From positions 368,962,001-369,026,000 of the forward strand of contig NW_027362769.1 of assembly GCF_046119375.1 (NCBI RefSeq): DNA of 64,000 nucleotides. Reading direction: 5' to 3'. The stretch comes from Phyllobates terribilis. Lineage: Eukaryota. Below, in pieces: positions 12,341-23,041 of this stretch. Position numbers and translations under genes: made by a program. Under the pieces are notes generated by a model. It had not been told where the DNA came from. It saw only the letters and a list, made by a program, of their open reading frames with translations, and did no database searches. Position 1 is the stretch's first letter; each line of letters starts with the position of its first letter.

Positions 12341-15300
12341 TGTGGCGCCCCTGAGGGTTCAGTCGCCACAGAGGTACTGCATCTCACCCAGAGGTGTAGT
12401 ATCCCACTCTCAGGTAAGAAGTACTGCCCGGGACCCAAACACCTGCACCCAACACTACACTACCCAACACTGCTGAGCCCTGACCCTGGCTGGAGTAGGG
12501 GGAACCATGTAGTGGGTGTGGGTGAAGGAAGAAGGTCAGGGGAGCACTTGAGAAGGAGGATATAAAAAGGGAAGCCATCTTGGGTGTGAGTGGAGTTCAG
12601 ATCAGTCTCAGAGGGGGATAGTGAAGGGAGCAGGAGCTCTGCTCGGGAGGAGCGGGCCTGAGTGAGAGAGGCCCAGGACATGAGATTGAAGAGAGGAAGG
12701 CTCCAGAAGGAAAGAGTGGATCCTAGGGGTACGGGAAGTGCTGGAGGCCACCCGTATGCCCTAATCTACCAGGAGTGGAAGGATCAAGCCGCAGAGGGGA
12801 CCGGCCCCTAACTAATGAGAATTGCATATTCAACTAGAAACCGGAGGCTTCTGCACTTTCAGGGTGTAGTTGCCACAGCCACAATTAATCGCCAAAAAGG
12901 TAGCCGCACAGGATCCAGGGAACTCCAGGTTGCCCGCCAAGATCTTAGGTTACCGGCTTGGGACACTGATTGTGAGGCGCAGGGCAGGAGGGTGAGAGTC
13001 AGCGCAGGAAGACTACTGAGAAAGGCACACAGAACAGGGTCCCGTCAAGTACTTCTGACATACCTGAGGGATTGCTGTACCCCTACCTCGGTGAACGCAG
13101 GACGACGTGGGTGGTGATAATTTGTCTGTTGTAACCAGGAGCAACGTGATAACCGTGAGTAAACCCTGAAGACTGCACCCCACTGTCTCTGTGAGTTATT
13201 GCTGCGCCATCATCCCCTGCACCACATTGCACCACAACATCTACCTCATCTATAATCACCACAGCAACGCCCTGGAGCAAAGCTCTACGTGTGGAGAGCT
13301 GAACCAACTCTGCTGCATCACCAACAGCTCCAGAGGACCTGCTCCGCAGCGGCGGCTCCATATAGCCACATACCGAAGGTGGCGTCACGAACATTAAACA
13401 TGAAAACTATAATCCTTTTATTGACTGCCCTGGGTCACGGACCGGGTCACCGCCACTGTGACATCTCCCCTAGCAACGACCGGCCCGGCTACCGAGTACC
13501 CCACTGCCCAGGGGGTGCGTCAAACCTCATGGGTTTTCCCCGGGAGACCCGTGAGGAGACTGCACGCCGAGAGGAGCATTGCCGGCAGGAGCTCCTGCAG
13601 CTAGAAAAGGAGCTGCGCATCAGGCGGGTGCGCTGGGAGAGAATGGAGGCCAGTAACATGGAGGAGAAGGCCCGGGCCCGCAAGGCAAAGCCGGCCACGC
13701 CCGAGCCATGTCCCGAAGGAGTGGTGGTCAAGTTCGACTTAGATGGAGGATGGGGGTTCATCCGCGAGTTACAGCTTGGCACCGACCTTTTTGTCAGCCA
13801 GCGGGACGTGGAGTCCCATCTCCAACAGGGACATCCAGAGCGGGATCTGTACCCCGATGACCGGGTCACCTGTACCCGCCATAGAGGAGAGCGGGGCTGG
13901 TATGCGCTGACTGTATACAGAGTAGTGGAGGAGGACATGCCCCCAGCAGGTTGAGGCTGATGACCCGGCTGGGCCAGCCTACAGCAAACAGGTGTCTCCC
14001 AGGAGGGTGCACAACTATTGAGTAAGTCGTGTGAAGAGACTGTAAATAGTTACCCGGAAGGGTACATCATTGTTGAGTGAACTGAAAAAGTTTGTGTGTG
14101 TTTACCTAGTTACCCGGTAAGGGTATAAGAACTGACAGGCTGAGGACTGTGAGCAGCCAAAAACTTTTAAACTGTATATAGTTTGCACTTATTAAAGTGC
14201 CTCTTATTGGTTTTAGATTAAAAAAGACCACTGAACAAAAACCTGTTTGGCGTGGCCGAAGACGTGGTCCAACAGCTGGATCACCTATGCCCTGCAGCCA
14301 CGCCCAGGGCCTACGTTGAGGGTTTTCGGACGGGTCCCTCATGTTCATCAGATTGCACCTTGTTCAGTGAAATGGACACCCCGCTATAGATTTCACTGTA
14401 GTCTATTGAAAATGTTTTATGTGTGAGGAAAAATGTTATTTAAAAAGAAGTTCTATATAGTAACCTGTAACGTTTAAGAAATGTGCCTCCCATAAAGGGA
14501 AGAAAAAGTTTTGAATATTCTTCTATGTGAATGCATTCTAAAAATTTGCATGTCTTTAAAATACGTTGTGTTTTTACTTTGTTCCAGCCTGCGGACGTGC
14601 TGTGTTTTACCAGGGAGGTATGTGGCGCCCCTGAGGGTTCAGTCGCCACAGAGGTACTGCATCTCACCCAGAGGTGTAGTATCCCACTTTCAGGTAAAGA
14701 TGGAGTACTGCCCAGGACCCAAACACCTGCACCCAACACTACACTACTCCAGACCGGCAGGAGGGGCAAGATGCACTGCTGCGCTGCTGAGCCCTGACCC
14801 TGGCTGGAGTGGGGGGAACCAAGAGAGGGGGAACCATGTAGTGGGTGTGGGTGGAGGAAGAAGGTCAGGGGAGCTCTTGAGAAGGAGGATATAAAAAGGG
14901 AAGCCATCTTGGGTGTGTGTGGAGTGGAGTTCAGATCAGTCTCCAAAGGAGGACAGTGAAGGGAGCAGGAGCTCTGCTCGAGAGGAGCGGGCCTGGGTGA
15001 GAGAGGCCCAGGAGGTGAGACTGACTGAAGAGAGGAGAGGAGCAGGAAGGAAGGCTCCAAGAAAGAAAGAGTGGATCCTAGGGGTACGGGAAGTGCTGGA
15101 GGCACCAGGAGTGGAAGGATCAAGCCGCAGAGGGGACCGGCCCCTAACTAGTGAGAATTGCATATTCAACTAGAAACCGGAGGCTTCTGCACTTTCAGGG
15201 TGTAGTTGCCACAGCCACAATTAATCGCCAAAAAGGTAGCCGCACAGGATCCAGGGAACTCCAGGTTGCCCGCCAAGATCTTAGGTTACCGGCTTGGGAC

Positions 15301-15875
15301 ACTGATTGTGAGGCGCAGGGCAGGAGGGTGAGAGCCAGCGCAGGAAGACGACTGAGAAAGGCACACAGAACTGGGTCCCATCAAGTACTTCTGACATACC
15401 TGAGGGATTGCTGAACCCCTACCTCGGTGAACGCAGAACGACGTGGGTGGTGATAATTTGGCCGTTGTAACCAGGAGCAATGTGATAACCGTGAGTAAAC
15501 CCTGAAGACTGCACCCCACTGTCTCTGTGAATTATTGCTGTGCCATCATCCCCTGCACCACACTGCACAACAACAATTACTTCACTATTTACCATCACCG
15601 CACCGCCCTGGAGCTTAGCTTTACCTGTGGAGAGCTGAACCAACTCTGCTGCATTACCAACAGCTCCAGAGGACCTGCTCCGCAGCGGTGGCTCCATATA
15701 GCCGCATACCACAGGTGGCGTCATGAACATTAAACATAAAAACTATAATCCTTTTCTTTAAAACCCCCCTTTATTGACTGCCCTGGGTAACGGACCAGGT
15801 CACCGCAACTGTGACATCTCCCCTAGCAACGACCGGCCTGTCTACCGAGTACCCCACGGCCCAGGGAGCACGTCA
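12341..15875 (+). mobile_element. Non-autonomous LTR retroelement (Gypsy-like): 5' LTR 12341-13522, internal region 13523-14620, 3' LTR 14621-15875
   Basis: Two about 1.2-kb direct repeats starting TGTGGCGCCCC and ending CGTCA; 4-bp TSD TTCC (12337-12340, 15876-15879); TATAAAA at 12561 and 14890; AGTAAA at 13158; short purine tract AGGGAGG just before the 3' LTR. No gag, RT or integrase coding seen. Confidence 0.9.
13529..13954 (+). CDS. Retroelement-borne 141-aa protein: N-terminal charged coiled coil plus C-terminal cold-shock domain (about 13718-13924)
   Basis: Open frame starting 7 nt after the 5' LTR. GVVVKFD..GGWGFIR..DLFVSQRDV..LYPDDRVT..GERGWYALTV aligns by eye with YBX1/Lin28/CspA CSDs (RNP1 GYGFI-like, RNP2 DVFVH-like). 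The domain call is strong; expression is unknown. Confidence 0.7.
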   Translation: MGFPRETREETARREEHCRQELLQLEKELRIRRVRWERMEASNMEEKARARKAKPATPEPCPEGVVVKFDLDGGWGFIRELQLGTDLFVSQRDVESHLQQGHPERDLYPDDRVTCTRHRGERGWYALTVYRVVEEDMPPAG

Positions 15876-16771
15876 TTCCCGGCATACAGCAGGTCTTGTG
15901 GGGTGTTCCCGGTATAGGGCAGGTCTTGTGGGGTGTTCCCAGCATACGGGAGGTCTTGTGGGGTGTTCCCGGTATATGGCGGGTCTTGTGGGATGTTCCC
16001 GGTATACGCCGTCTCGCGGGGTGTTCCCTGTATACAGCGGGTCTCGCGGGGTGTTCCCTGTATATGGCAGGTCTTGTGGGGTGTTCCCAGCATACGGGAG
16101 GTCTTGTGGGGTGTTCCCGGCATACGGGAGGTCTTGTGGGGTGTTCCCGGCATACGGTAGGTCTCGCGCGGTGTTCCCTGTATACGGCGGGTCTCGCGGG
16201 GTGTTCCCGGTATACGGCGGGTCTCGCGGGGTGTTCCCTGTATACGGCGGGTCTCGCGGGGTGTTCCCGGTATACGGCAGGTCTCGCGGGGTGTTCCCGG
16301 TATACGGCGGGTCTCGCGGGGTGTTCCCGGTATATGGCGGGTCTCGCGAGGTGTTCCCAGTATACGGCGGGTCTCGTGGGGTGTTCCCGGTAAACGGCAG
16401 GTCTCGCGGGGTGTTCCCGGTATACGGCGGGTCTCGTGGGGTGTTCCCGGCATAAGGCGGGTCTCGCGGGGTGTTCTCGGTATACGGCGGGTCTTGCGGG
16501 GTGTTCCCGGTATACGGCGGGTCTCGCGGGGTGTTCCCTGGTATACGGCGGGTCTCGCGGGGTGTTCCCGGCATACGGCGGGTCTCGCGGGGTGTTCCCG
16601 GCATAAGGCGGGTCTCGCGGGGTGTTCTCGGTATACGGCGAGTCTCGCGGGGTGTTCCCGGTATACGGCGGGTCTCGCGGGGTGTTCCCTTGTATACGGC
16701 GGGTCTCGCGGGGTGTTCCCGGCATACGGCGGGTCTCGCGGGGTGTTCCCGGCATACGGCGGGTCTTGTGG
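15876..16771. repeat. 30-bp GC-rich minisatellite (unit about GGGGTGTTCCCGGTATACGGCGGGTCTCGC), about 30 copies; 1.5 further copies at 12298-12340
   Basis: Direct tandem periodicity; source of the many repetitive ORFs in the track. Confidence 0.97.
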
Positions 16772-17218
16772 AGAGTTCTGAATATACAACATTTCTTGGG
16801 GTGTCTACGACTTTTTAAAAAGTTGCAATTGATGAATCAGCTAAAAACATCTGGAGAACAAACCATGCTGACAGCGATCAACATTAAAATAAATAAATTA
16901 ATAAAAAAAAGACGAACGCATAGAAAAAACAGGCGCAAACAGGTCCAAAGGCGCAAAGTAAAAGAATTTAGAGCGAATGAAAAAATGGGTATAAACCACT
17001 AAAAAATCGACAAACGGTGCAAATGCTTTAGTGAACAGGGTCAAGAATGACCAAAAAATGTAAATTTTGCAATTTCGATTTTTTTTTTTTTTTTTTTTTT
17101 CATTTCATTGTTCACCGTATGGAATATTAACCTTTTATTAGCTTTGACAGTTTGGGATGTAGCGAGACCAAGTATGTTATTTATTTGTCTCCCAGCCATG
17201 GACACAATGAAGCTACAG

Positions 17219-17363
17219 GTCACGTGACTCTCCTGGGCGGCTGCAGTCCCTTTGTTTGCGGTCCAACGGTCACATGACAAGCGCTGGGTCATGTGACCTA
17301 ACCCGGAAGCGGCTGGCAGAGGCTGCTATTTGCGCTGTGCTCCTGGGGAGGGCGGTGACGTCA
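17219..17363 (+). promoter_or_regulatory. ABCA3 promoter: three CLEAR/M-box E-boxes, an ETS site and a CRE
   Basis: GTCACGTGAC 17219-17228, GTCACATGAC 17269-17278, GTCATGTGAC 17288-17297, CCGGAAG near 17303, TGACGTCA near 17356, all in CpG-rich sequence upstream of a donor site. Confidence 0.7.
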
Positions 17364-17609
17364 GCGGCTGTCTGCTGCTCCTCTTGCACCTGTGTTGCTG
17401 CCTGCTGCTCCGCACTGTGCCCGGTGCCCGCAGCCCTGACAGCCTGAGCTGCTGCTCCTCCTCTTCACCGTCATCATCATCATGACCAGGGTCAGCCGTT
17501 GGACGACGTGACACAGGAGCGCCCGATGCCTGAGGCCTCATCCTACACAAAGGCAGCCATCCACTAAAGCACATCATCCTCCCCAGCTGAGCGGATGGTG
17601 CCCTGACAG
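17310..17609 (+). other. ABCA3: Probable first non-coding exon (5' UTR) of ABCA3; start approximate
   Basis: CpG-rich segment ending at CAG|GTGAGA (17609/17610). The next clear acceptor is at 23005, 36 nt before the ATG. Further UTR exons are not excluded. Confidence 0.6.
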
Positions 17610-20600
17610 GTGAGAGCACCGTCCTCTATACAGTCCTGCCATATGTCCGACTGATCGCTGCGATCAAGGCAGAAGCAATCGATCAGATTGGATTGTGAAT
17701 CATTTTCCATCTTTATAAATCTTGCTTCAATGTAAATATTTAGCCTCCAAAATTCTCCCCTCCCCCACGATCAGTAGGACAAAGGGGCCCCCGGTGCCCA
17801 TCTGGAGACGTAATGTTATGCATGAGCTGAGGGTGCGATACTCTGCAAGACTGTTCATCATTACACTCCCTTTACATCCATTATTCTGCTTTCTAAAGGA
17901 TTTTCAGTCCCCTGCTTGCTGTCAGCAAATAGAGTGTGTCCTCAATGTAGGGTTTATTACAGTGTATCATAGATCTCATTTATATGTAATGGAAACATGG
18001 TCCTGCTGGTACCAGTAGTGCCACAGCCATAGACTTATAGCTGTCATGTCTCCTAGCTGTCAGGTGAATGTCTGGTTGGTTGACAGCTCTCAATGGGGCA
18101 AGGGAAGCCAGACCTCTCCTTATCTCCTCTGTACACAAAAGGATCAGACATGTTGAAATCCAGCTGCCCAACCGTCTTTTATCATTACGTACTAGATGAG
18201 CATTTACAACTGCTGTGGAACTACAACTCCCAGCATGGACTGACAGCCTGCAGATTTAGGGTCTGCTTGTACAGATGAGAATAACCCCCATAGAGGGAAC
18301 ATAAGCTGCTGTTTATAGACGTCTCGGTGTTGTGGTAACTTTACCTTGAAGGTTGGAATCCAGTAGATCCGGACTTTTGTATAAAGGGCGTTGTGTATGC
18401 GGTATAAAGGGTGAGCGCTCCGGAGAGGCAGAGGTTATTCTCCCCCGTACATTGTGGAGCGGCACGTGGTGTTTTCCTATCTGATTGCTCTTCTTTTATG
18501 ACAAGAGCAGGCAAATAATACAGGATACCTCTCAGCAGATGGCGGCTGTTTTATGACATCCTGTGTTTGTGCACCGGAGTACAGGCTGCCATACAGTGCA
18601 GGAGGATTCAGCAGGTATATACGTACAATATGGCCTAGCTACAGGATCTCTCGTAAATGTCTCAGAGACCCCCACCTGACACCAGAATAGGGGCACCTCC
18701 ACCTGCCCTCATCCAGGGGCCATAAATGTGCAGCTCTCTCTTTTCACTTCAAAGAAAAAGCCAGGCGATCCAGCTCTAACTCCCATACACATGTAGGCCC
18801 CCTTTTTATTTATTCTCCGTCAGGGGGACCCACTTTTGGAGATCATTGCAGGTCTTAGAGGTTTCCTTCCCTTCCTTATATTATATATTACCTTATATTG
18901 CCTGTTTACAGGAGATTTGGGGTGACTGGCTGCTGAGACCCCAGAGATTACAAGTATAGGGGGTTTCTTTGTCTCCAGTGTGACCTTGTCCTATAGACGG
19001 AGCAGTGGTCACATAGGATATTGGGGATTGGTGGGGTTATCTGCTGTCGCGCTGACGGGCGCCTCTGTTGCCGTCGCGCTGACGGGCGGCTCTGTTGCCT
19101 CATTACTGTGGCTCCCGTATGACCCTAAGGCTGTAATGCCACCATGCCCGCTCTTGCCAACATCTGCCTAAGATTGATCACTCGTTTCCGAGCCGGGGAC
19201 ATCGTGGGGTCGGTTGTGTAACAATTTAATACATTTTGGTGCTGCAGAGCCATCATTCTTCTGCATGTTTTTGCATTTTCTGTCGCCATTTGGGTAATTT
19301 TTGCATACAGATTATGTCTCCACATCCATTTTCTGACTAGCTTCTCTGAGACATTCGATCGAGGGATACATTTTAGCTGTAAAGTTTTAACAACTTTTTG
19401 GTGAATTTTGTCAGGTTTGGATAAAATATTTGTCTCCTTTGCTCCTGGGATACCTTCTTGCCCCTTATTATATCCGTTCATCGCTGTGGGTTTAGATCCG
19501 GAAACCCTATGTAATCATCTGGTCATACATTTCCCCATATAATGCACGTGTGGGTGACATATTGGCTCAACGTTGAGGGTCCTGATTGAGGGGTCTGTCT
19601 ATGACGTCCTGAAAGGAGATGGCAATGTGTAGAGCAAGCCGATCAGAGGAGCCCGATGGCCATAAATGGCTCATGGTGTTTGCATGGGTGTCGAGATACC
19701 AACTGGTGTTATGATCGGGCGCCGGGCCATGTGCTCATTGTTGGTAGGTCAGCCCTTGTCTATGAAGGTCCACAGGTGGGGGGGATGGGGTGCCATTGAT
19801 CAGACATAGTTCCCCGGCAGGTGGACCGTTCACCAGATGGTCTATGTATTCATTCACTATCTCAATAGCTATGGTGACAGGCCGGAGCTTTGTAAAGGGC
19901 TGTGTACGCTCCTGTGTATTTGTACATGTTCCTACCACAATATGCATGCTGTCTTTTTGCAAGAAGCCACCCCTGGCACTGCCCGCCTATCGGCACCATT
20001 GCTTTACGCATTAGCTCACCGCGTGGGTGCAGCGCTCATCCAGGTGTATTTCCATCTTATAATATATGGCATATTACGAGGGTATGTCATGATCGTGGGG
20101 GTCTGAGATGCACTGAATGAAGGGCCTCTCCCTGCCACCATCAGAAGGGGTCCTATAGGATAGACCTCCACAATCATAACATAATGCAACTTGTACATGA
20201 AGCTTCTTTAGTCTTAAAGGGGTTTTCATCATCGACTACCCCTTTATTATGCAACCGATTGCCGCTTATGAGGCTACCAAGGGACTACAAGATGAATGGT
20301 TATCTGTGGAATAGACGGCCTCAGTCTGCTGCGTGTTAGTGGCTCGTAAAGTTGGGGGTCCTGAGTAGAGATTCCCCCCTCTATGGACCCACCCCCTTAT
20401 TAGGGTATATGGGAAATTAGAAGGAAATGCAAGCAGTGGTGGCATCCATATTGCAGAACTACAATCCTCAGCATGTCATGCCGGCTGCTTCTTCTGCAGT
20501 CTGTGGGTTTCATAATTGAAACCTGTTGGGTCACGCGTCCCCGCGTCGTCTCGTGGGATGGATGGGATGATCACACGTGTACAATTAGCAGGACTCTTCG

Positions 20601-21565
20601 GAGGTGTTCAGCTCGGTGCCTGACAACGTGGCAGTGCCCAGCAGTAGTGGTAGTGCCAGGCTCGGTGACACAATGCCCGGGGTCTATGATCCGGATTCGT
20701 GCATTGCTGGGTTGCAGCACTGAGCCCGAACCTCGGGTCTTGCTGGTATTGTCACGTATAGAACAGCAGCCATAACACTGAGTCGCCTGCCCCATATCAT
20801 GTAGATGATCCCTTGTGCCCCAAAACAGTGACCCATTGAGGCCGGGTCTCCACAAGATCTCAGGGGTTTCTGTGGTGTCTGCACCATTTTCCAGAAGATC
20901 ATCGTTCTGTGAGCGCTCGGTGCAGCCTCCGTGGGTCGGAATTGATTTCCAGCATGGGATCGATCGGACCGAGATCTGGAGAATTCGGATACAGGTTATC
21001 ACCCTGATCTTTGTCACATTCCTCGGAACAATCCCTGACCGACCATTATACTGCTGAATGGAGCCGTTATTCGGGAATCTTACTCCTCCAGAAAAGGGCA
21101 CTTGCAGGGGCAGATATAGCATTGGTGCAACCTGTGCAGCTGCATGGGGGCCCAGGTGTGGAGGGGCCACTTCTACCTCCAAAGCGGCTTCTGTCTCATA
21201 CAGGGTGCAGAATGATGAGACTGGACTGGAGGGCAAAGGGCCCATGTACTGTTCATGTAGAGGGGCCTCTTCTGTCTGTGTCCGCCCCTGTGGAATTTGT
21301 CTGTACAGTCTTAGGAACGTATCACATGAGGCCAGGACACAAGTGTCCAGCAGGACATTGCCCATCACATGGCCTCCGCCATCTTGTCTTCTTCCCATAG
21401 TACATCCCGGGTAAGTGATGCACATGCATCAGCAGTCCACATGATGGAAGACGGGATTCATCAGACCCGGTGCCTTCTACCATTACTGCTGCTCCAGTTT
21501 TGATGCTCATGTGCCCGGTGTAGGACTTTCGACAGTGACAGGACTCTCTTTTATATTGTAGCTGC

Positions 21566-21883
21566 CAGGGCTGTGGATTCGGAGTCGTGGAGTCGGAGTC
21601 GGTATAAAATGGACTGAATCCGACTCCTAAAATATATAATAAATTGGGTACAGTAGTTGAATGCAGTTTGTGGGGAATATTTTTTCATGAGAATTTGGGA
21701 GAGTTATGAAATGTCCTATAAATGTCTGTCTTATTCCTGATCTAAGGGTTTAGACTTTTAGCTGAGATGAATCTGTGCTACAGTAAATTTATCACTTAAA
21801 CATGAGCCATGTATGAGGGAGTCGTGGAGTCAGTCATGGAAATTGAGGAGTCTGAGGTTTGGCTTACCGACTCCACAGCCCTG
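21566..21883. mobile_element. hAT-type MITE
   Basis: TIR CAGGGCTGTGGA / TCCACAGCCCTG with an exact 8-bp TSD GTAGCTGC (21558-21565, 21884-21891). Confidence 0.92.
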
Positions 21884-21959
21884 GTAGCTGCGATAGCCTT
21901 TCTGTCATAGCTGTGACACTCTTCACGCCCTGATGCATTTCCATTGTAGCTGCGGCACT

Positions 21960-22200
21960 CTGAAACCTTTCCGTCGTGGCTGCGGTGCTTTGCGCGCCCT
22001 GACTGCTTTCCGTCGTGGCTGCGGTGCTTTGCGCGCCCTGACTGCTTTCCGTCGTGGCTGCGGTGCTCTGCGCGCTCTGACTGCTTTCCGTCGTGGCTGC
22101 GGTGCTCTGCGCGCCCTGACTGCTTTCCATCGTGGCTGCGGAGCTCCCTGGATCCTTTCCGTCGTGGCTGCGGCGCTCTGCGCGCCCTGACGCCTTTCTG
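21960..22200. repeat. 39-bp tandem repeat (about 5-6 degenerate units) inside an unidentified minus-strand coding remnant
   Basis: Unit TTTCCGTCGTGGCTGCGGTGCTYTGCGCGCCCTGACTGC; reads AATTESSQGAQST on the minus strand. Confidence 0.85.
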
Positions 22201-23041
22201 CCATAGTTGTGGTGCCCTGGCTCCTCTCTGCCGTAGCTCCGCACGCCCCTGATTCCTTTCCATTGTAGCAGCAAGAACTTTAGCACTTTGTGCTCCTGTA
22301 AACGTTCTTTAGGATCGGACCAGGCTTGCGCTGTCGCTCCACATCGGTAAACCTTGGGCGTCCATGACCCCGTCTCCGGTTCGCCCTCGTCATTCTTGTA
22401 TACCCAAGGTCCTATTTTGGAGCCGCTCGGACCCGGTCGTGTACAGGTCACCGTTTGGTCCGTGCCGCAGTCGCTCCTTTCACAATTGCCCGTTTTTTAT
22501 TCTGCTGACCGATCTCTTCCTATTACAGACACTTTTTCCATCCCAATAAAGAAGCATGGCAGCTGTGTACACAGAAATGAATAGATGTTCCCCCGCTCTG
22601 CAGAGCATCATTCTATGGACTAGCAGAGCATTGCTTTTATTCAGCTTCTTTCTGGAATGCAGCAGCGAAGTGCTCAACTTGAGTTCTTGCACCACGGCCG
22701 GTTTGTGTCGCAATGCTCTGCGTCATCGCTGCCGTCCCCCGGCTGAAGTGTGCCACTCTCCCTAATCAGTGAAATTCTAGGGTACTTAAGAGCGACAAGG
22801 GCTCAGAGCGGGCACTGGCCCCATCCAGTCCTTACACAATTCAGCACTGCACAGGGACTGAAGGAAGCCCGCCATCGGTGCTGCTTAGGGGTCTGTATCC
22901 AGTGGAGAAGTTCCCGTCGGTCTGAGCAATCTCCTGCTGGATTTGGGGGGTATCGGGGTGTTCGCCCGTTTCCTCCTCCACTCACACTCCGCTTACTCCT
23001 TACAGATTCTGAGCGACGGTCGTCTGCTGGAGCGATCCACC

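Noticed and set aside
13400-13528. In-frame upstream extension MKTIILLLTALG.. resembling a signal peptide for the CSD ORF
   Set aside because: It lies inside the LTR, and in the 3' LTR the ATG is ATA and the frame is broken by an insertion, so it is probably chance.
13538-13553. Reverse-complement similarity between the CSD ORF start (CCCCGGGAGACCCG) and the minisatellite unit
   Set aside because: About 14 nt of GC-rich sequence on the opposite strand; too short to support a common origin.
13378-15875. Reading the element as LTR-PBS-internal-LTR-PBS-truncated (tandem array) with LTRs ending at CCACA
   Set aside because: No TSD follows 15713, whereas exact 4-bp TSDs follow CGTCA in both this element and the independent solo LTR. 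The longer LTR is better supported.
15811-16818. Long ORFs of 200-316 aa on both strands with regular repeats; superficially CRISPR-like
   Set aside because: All derive from a 30-bp minisatellite whose unit lacks stops in several frames. There are no unique spacers or cas genes, and the context is eukaryotic.
20190-20230. KTKRSF furin-like cleavage site suggesting a retroviral env
   Set aside because: It is formed across the junction with a TTAAAGGGG MITE end, so it is an artefact of the insertion.
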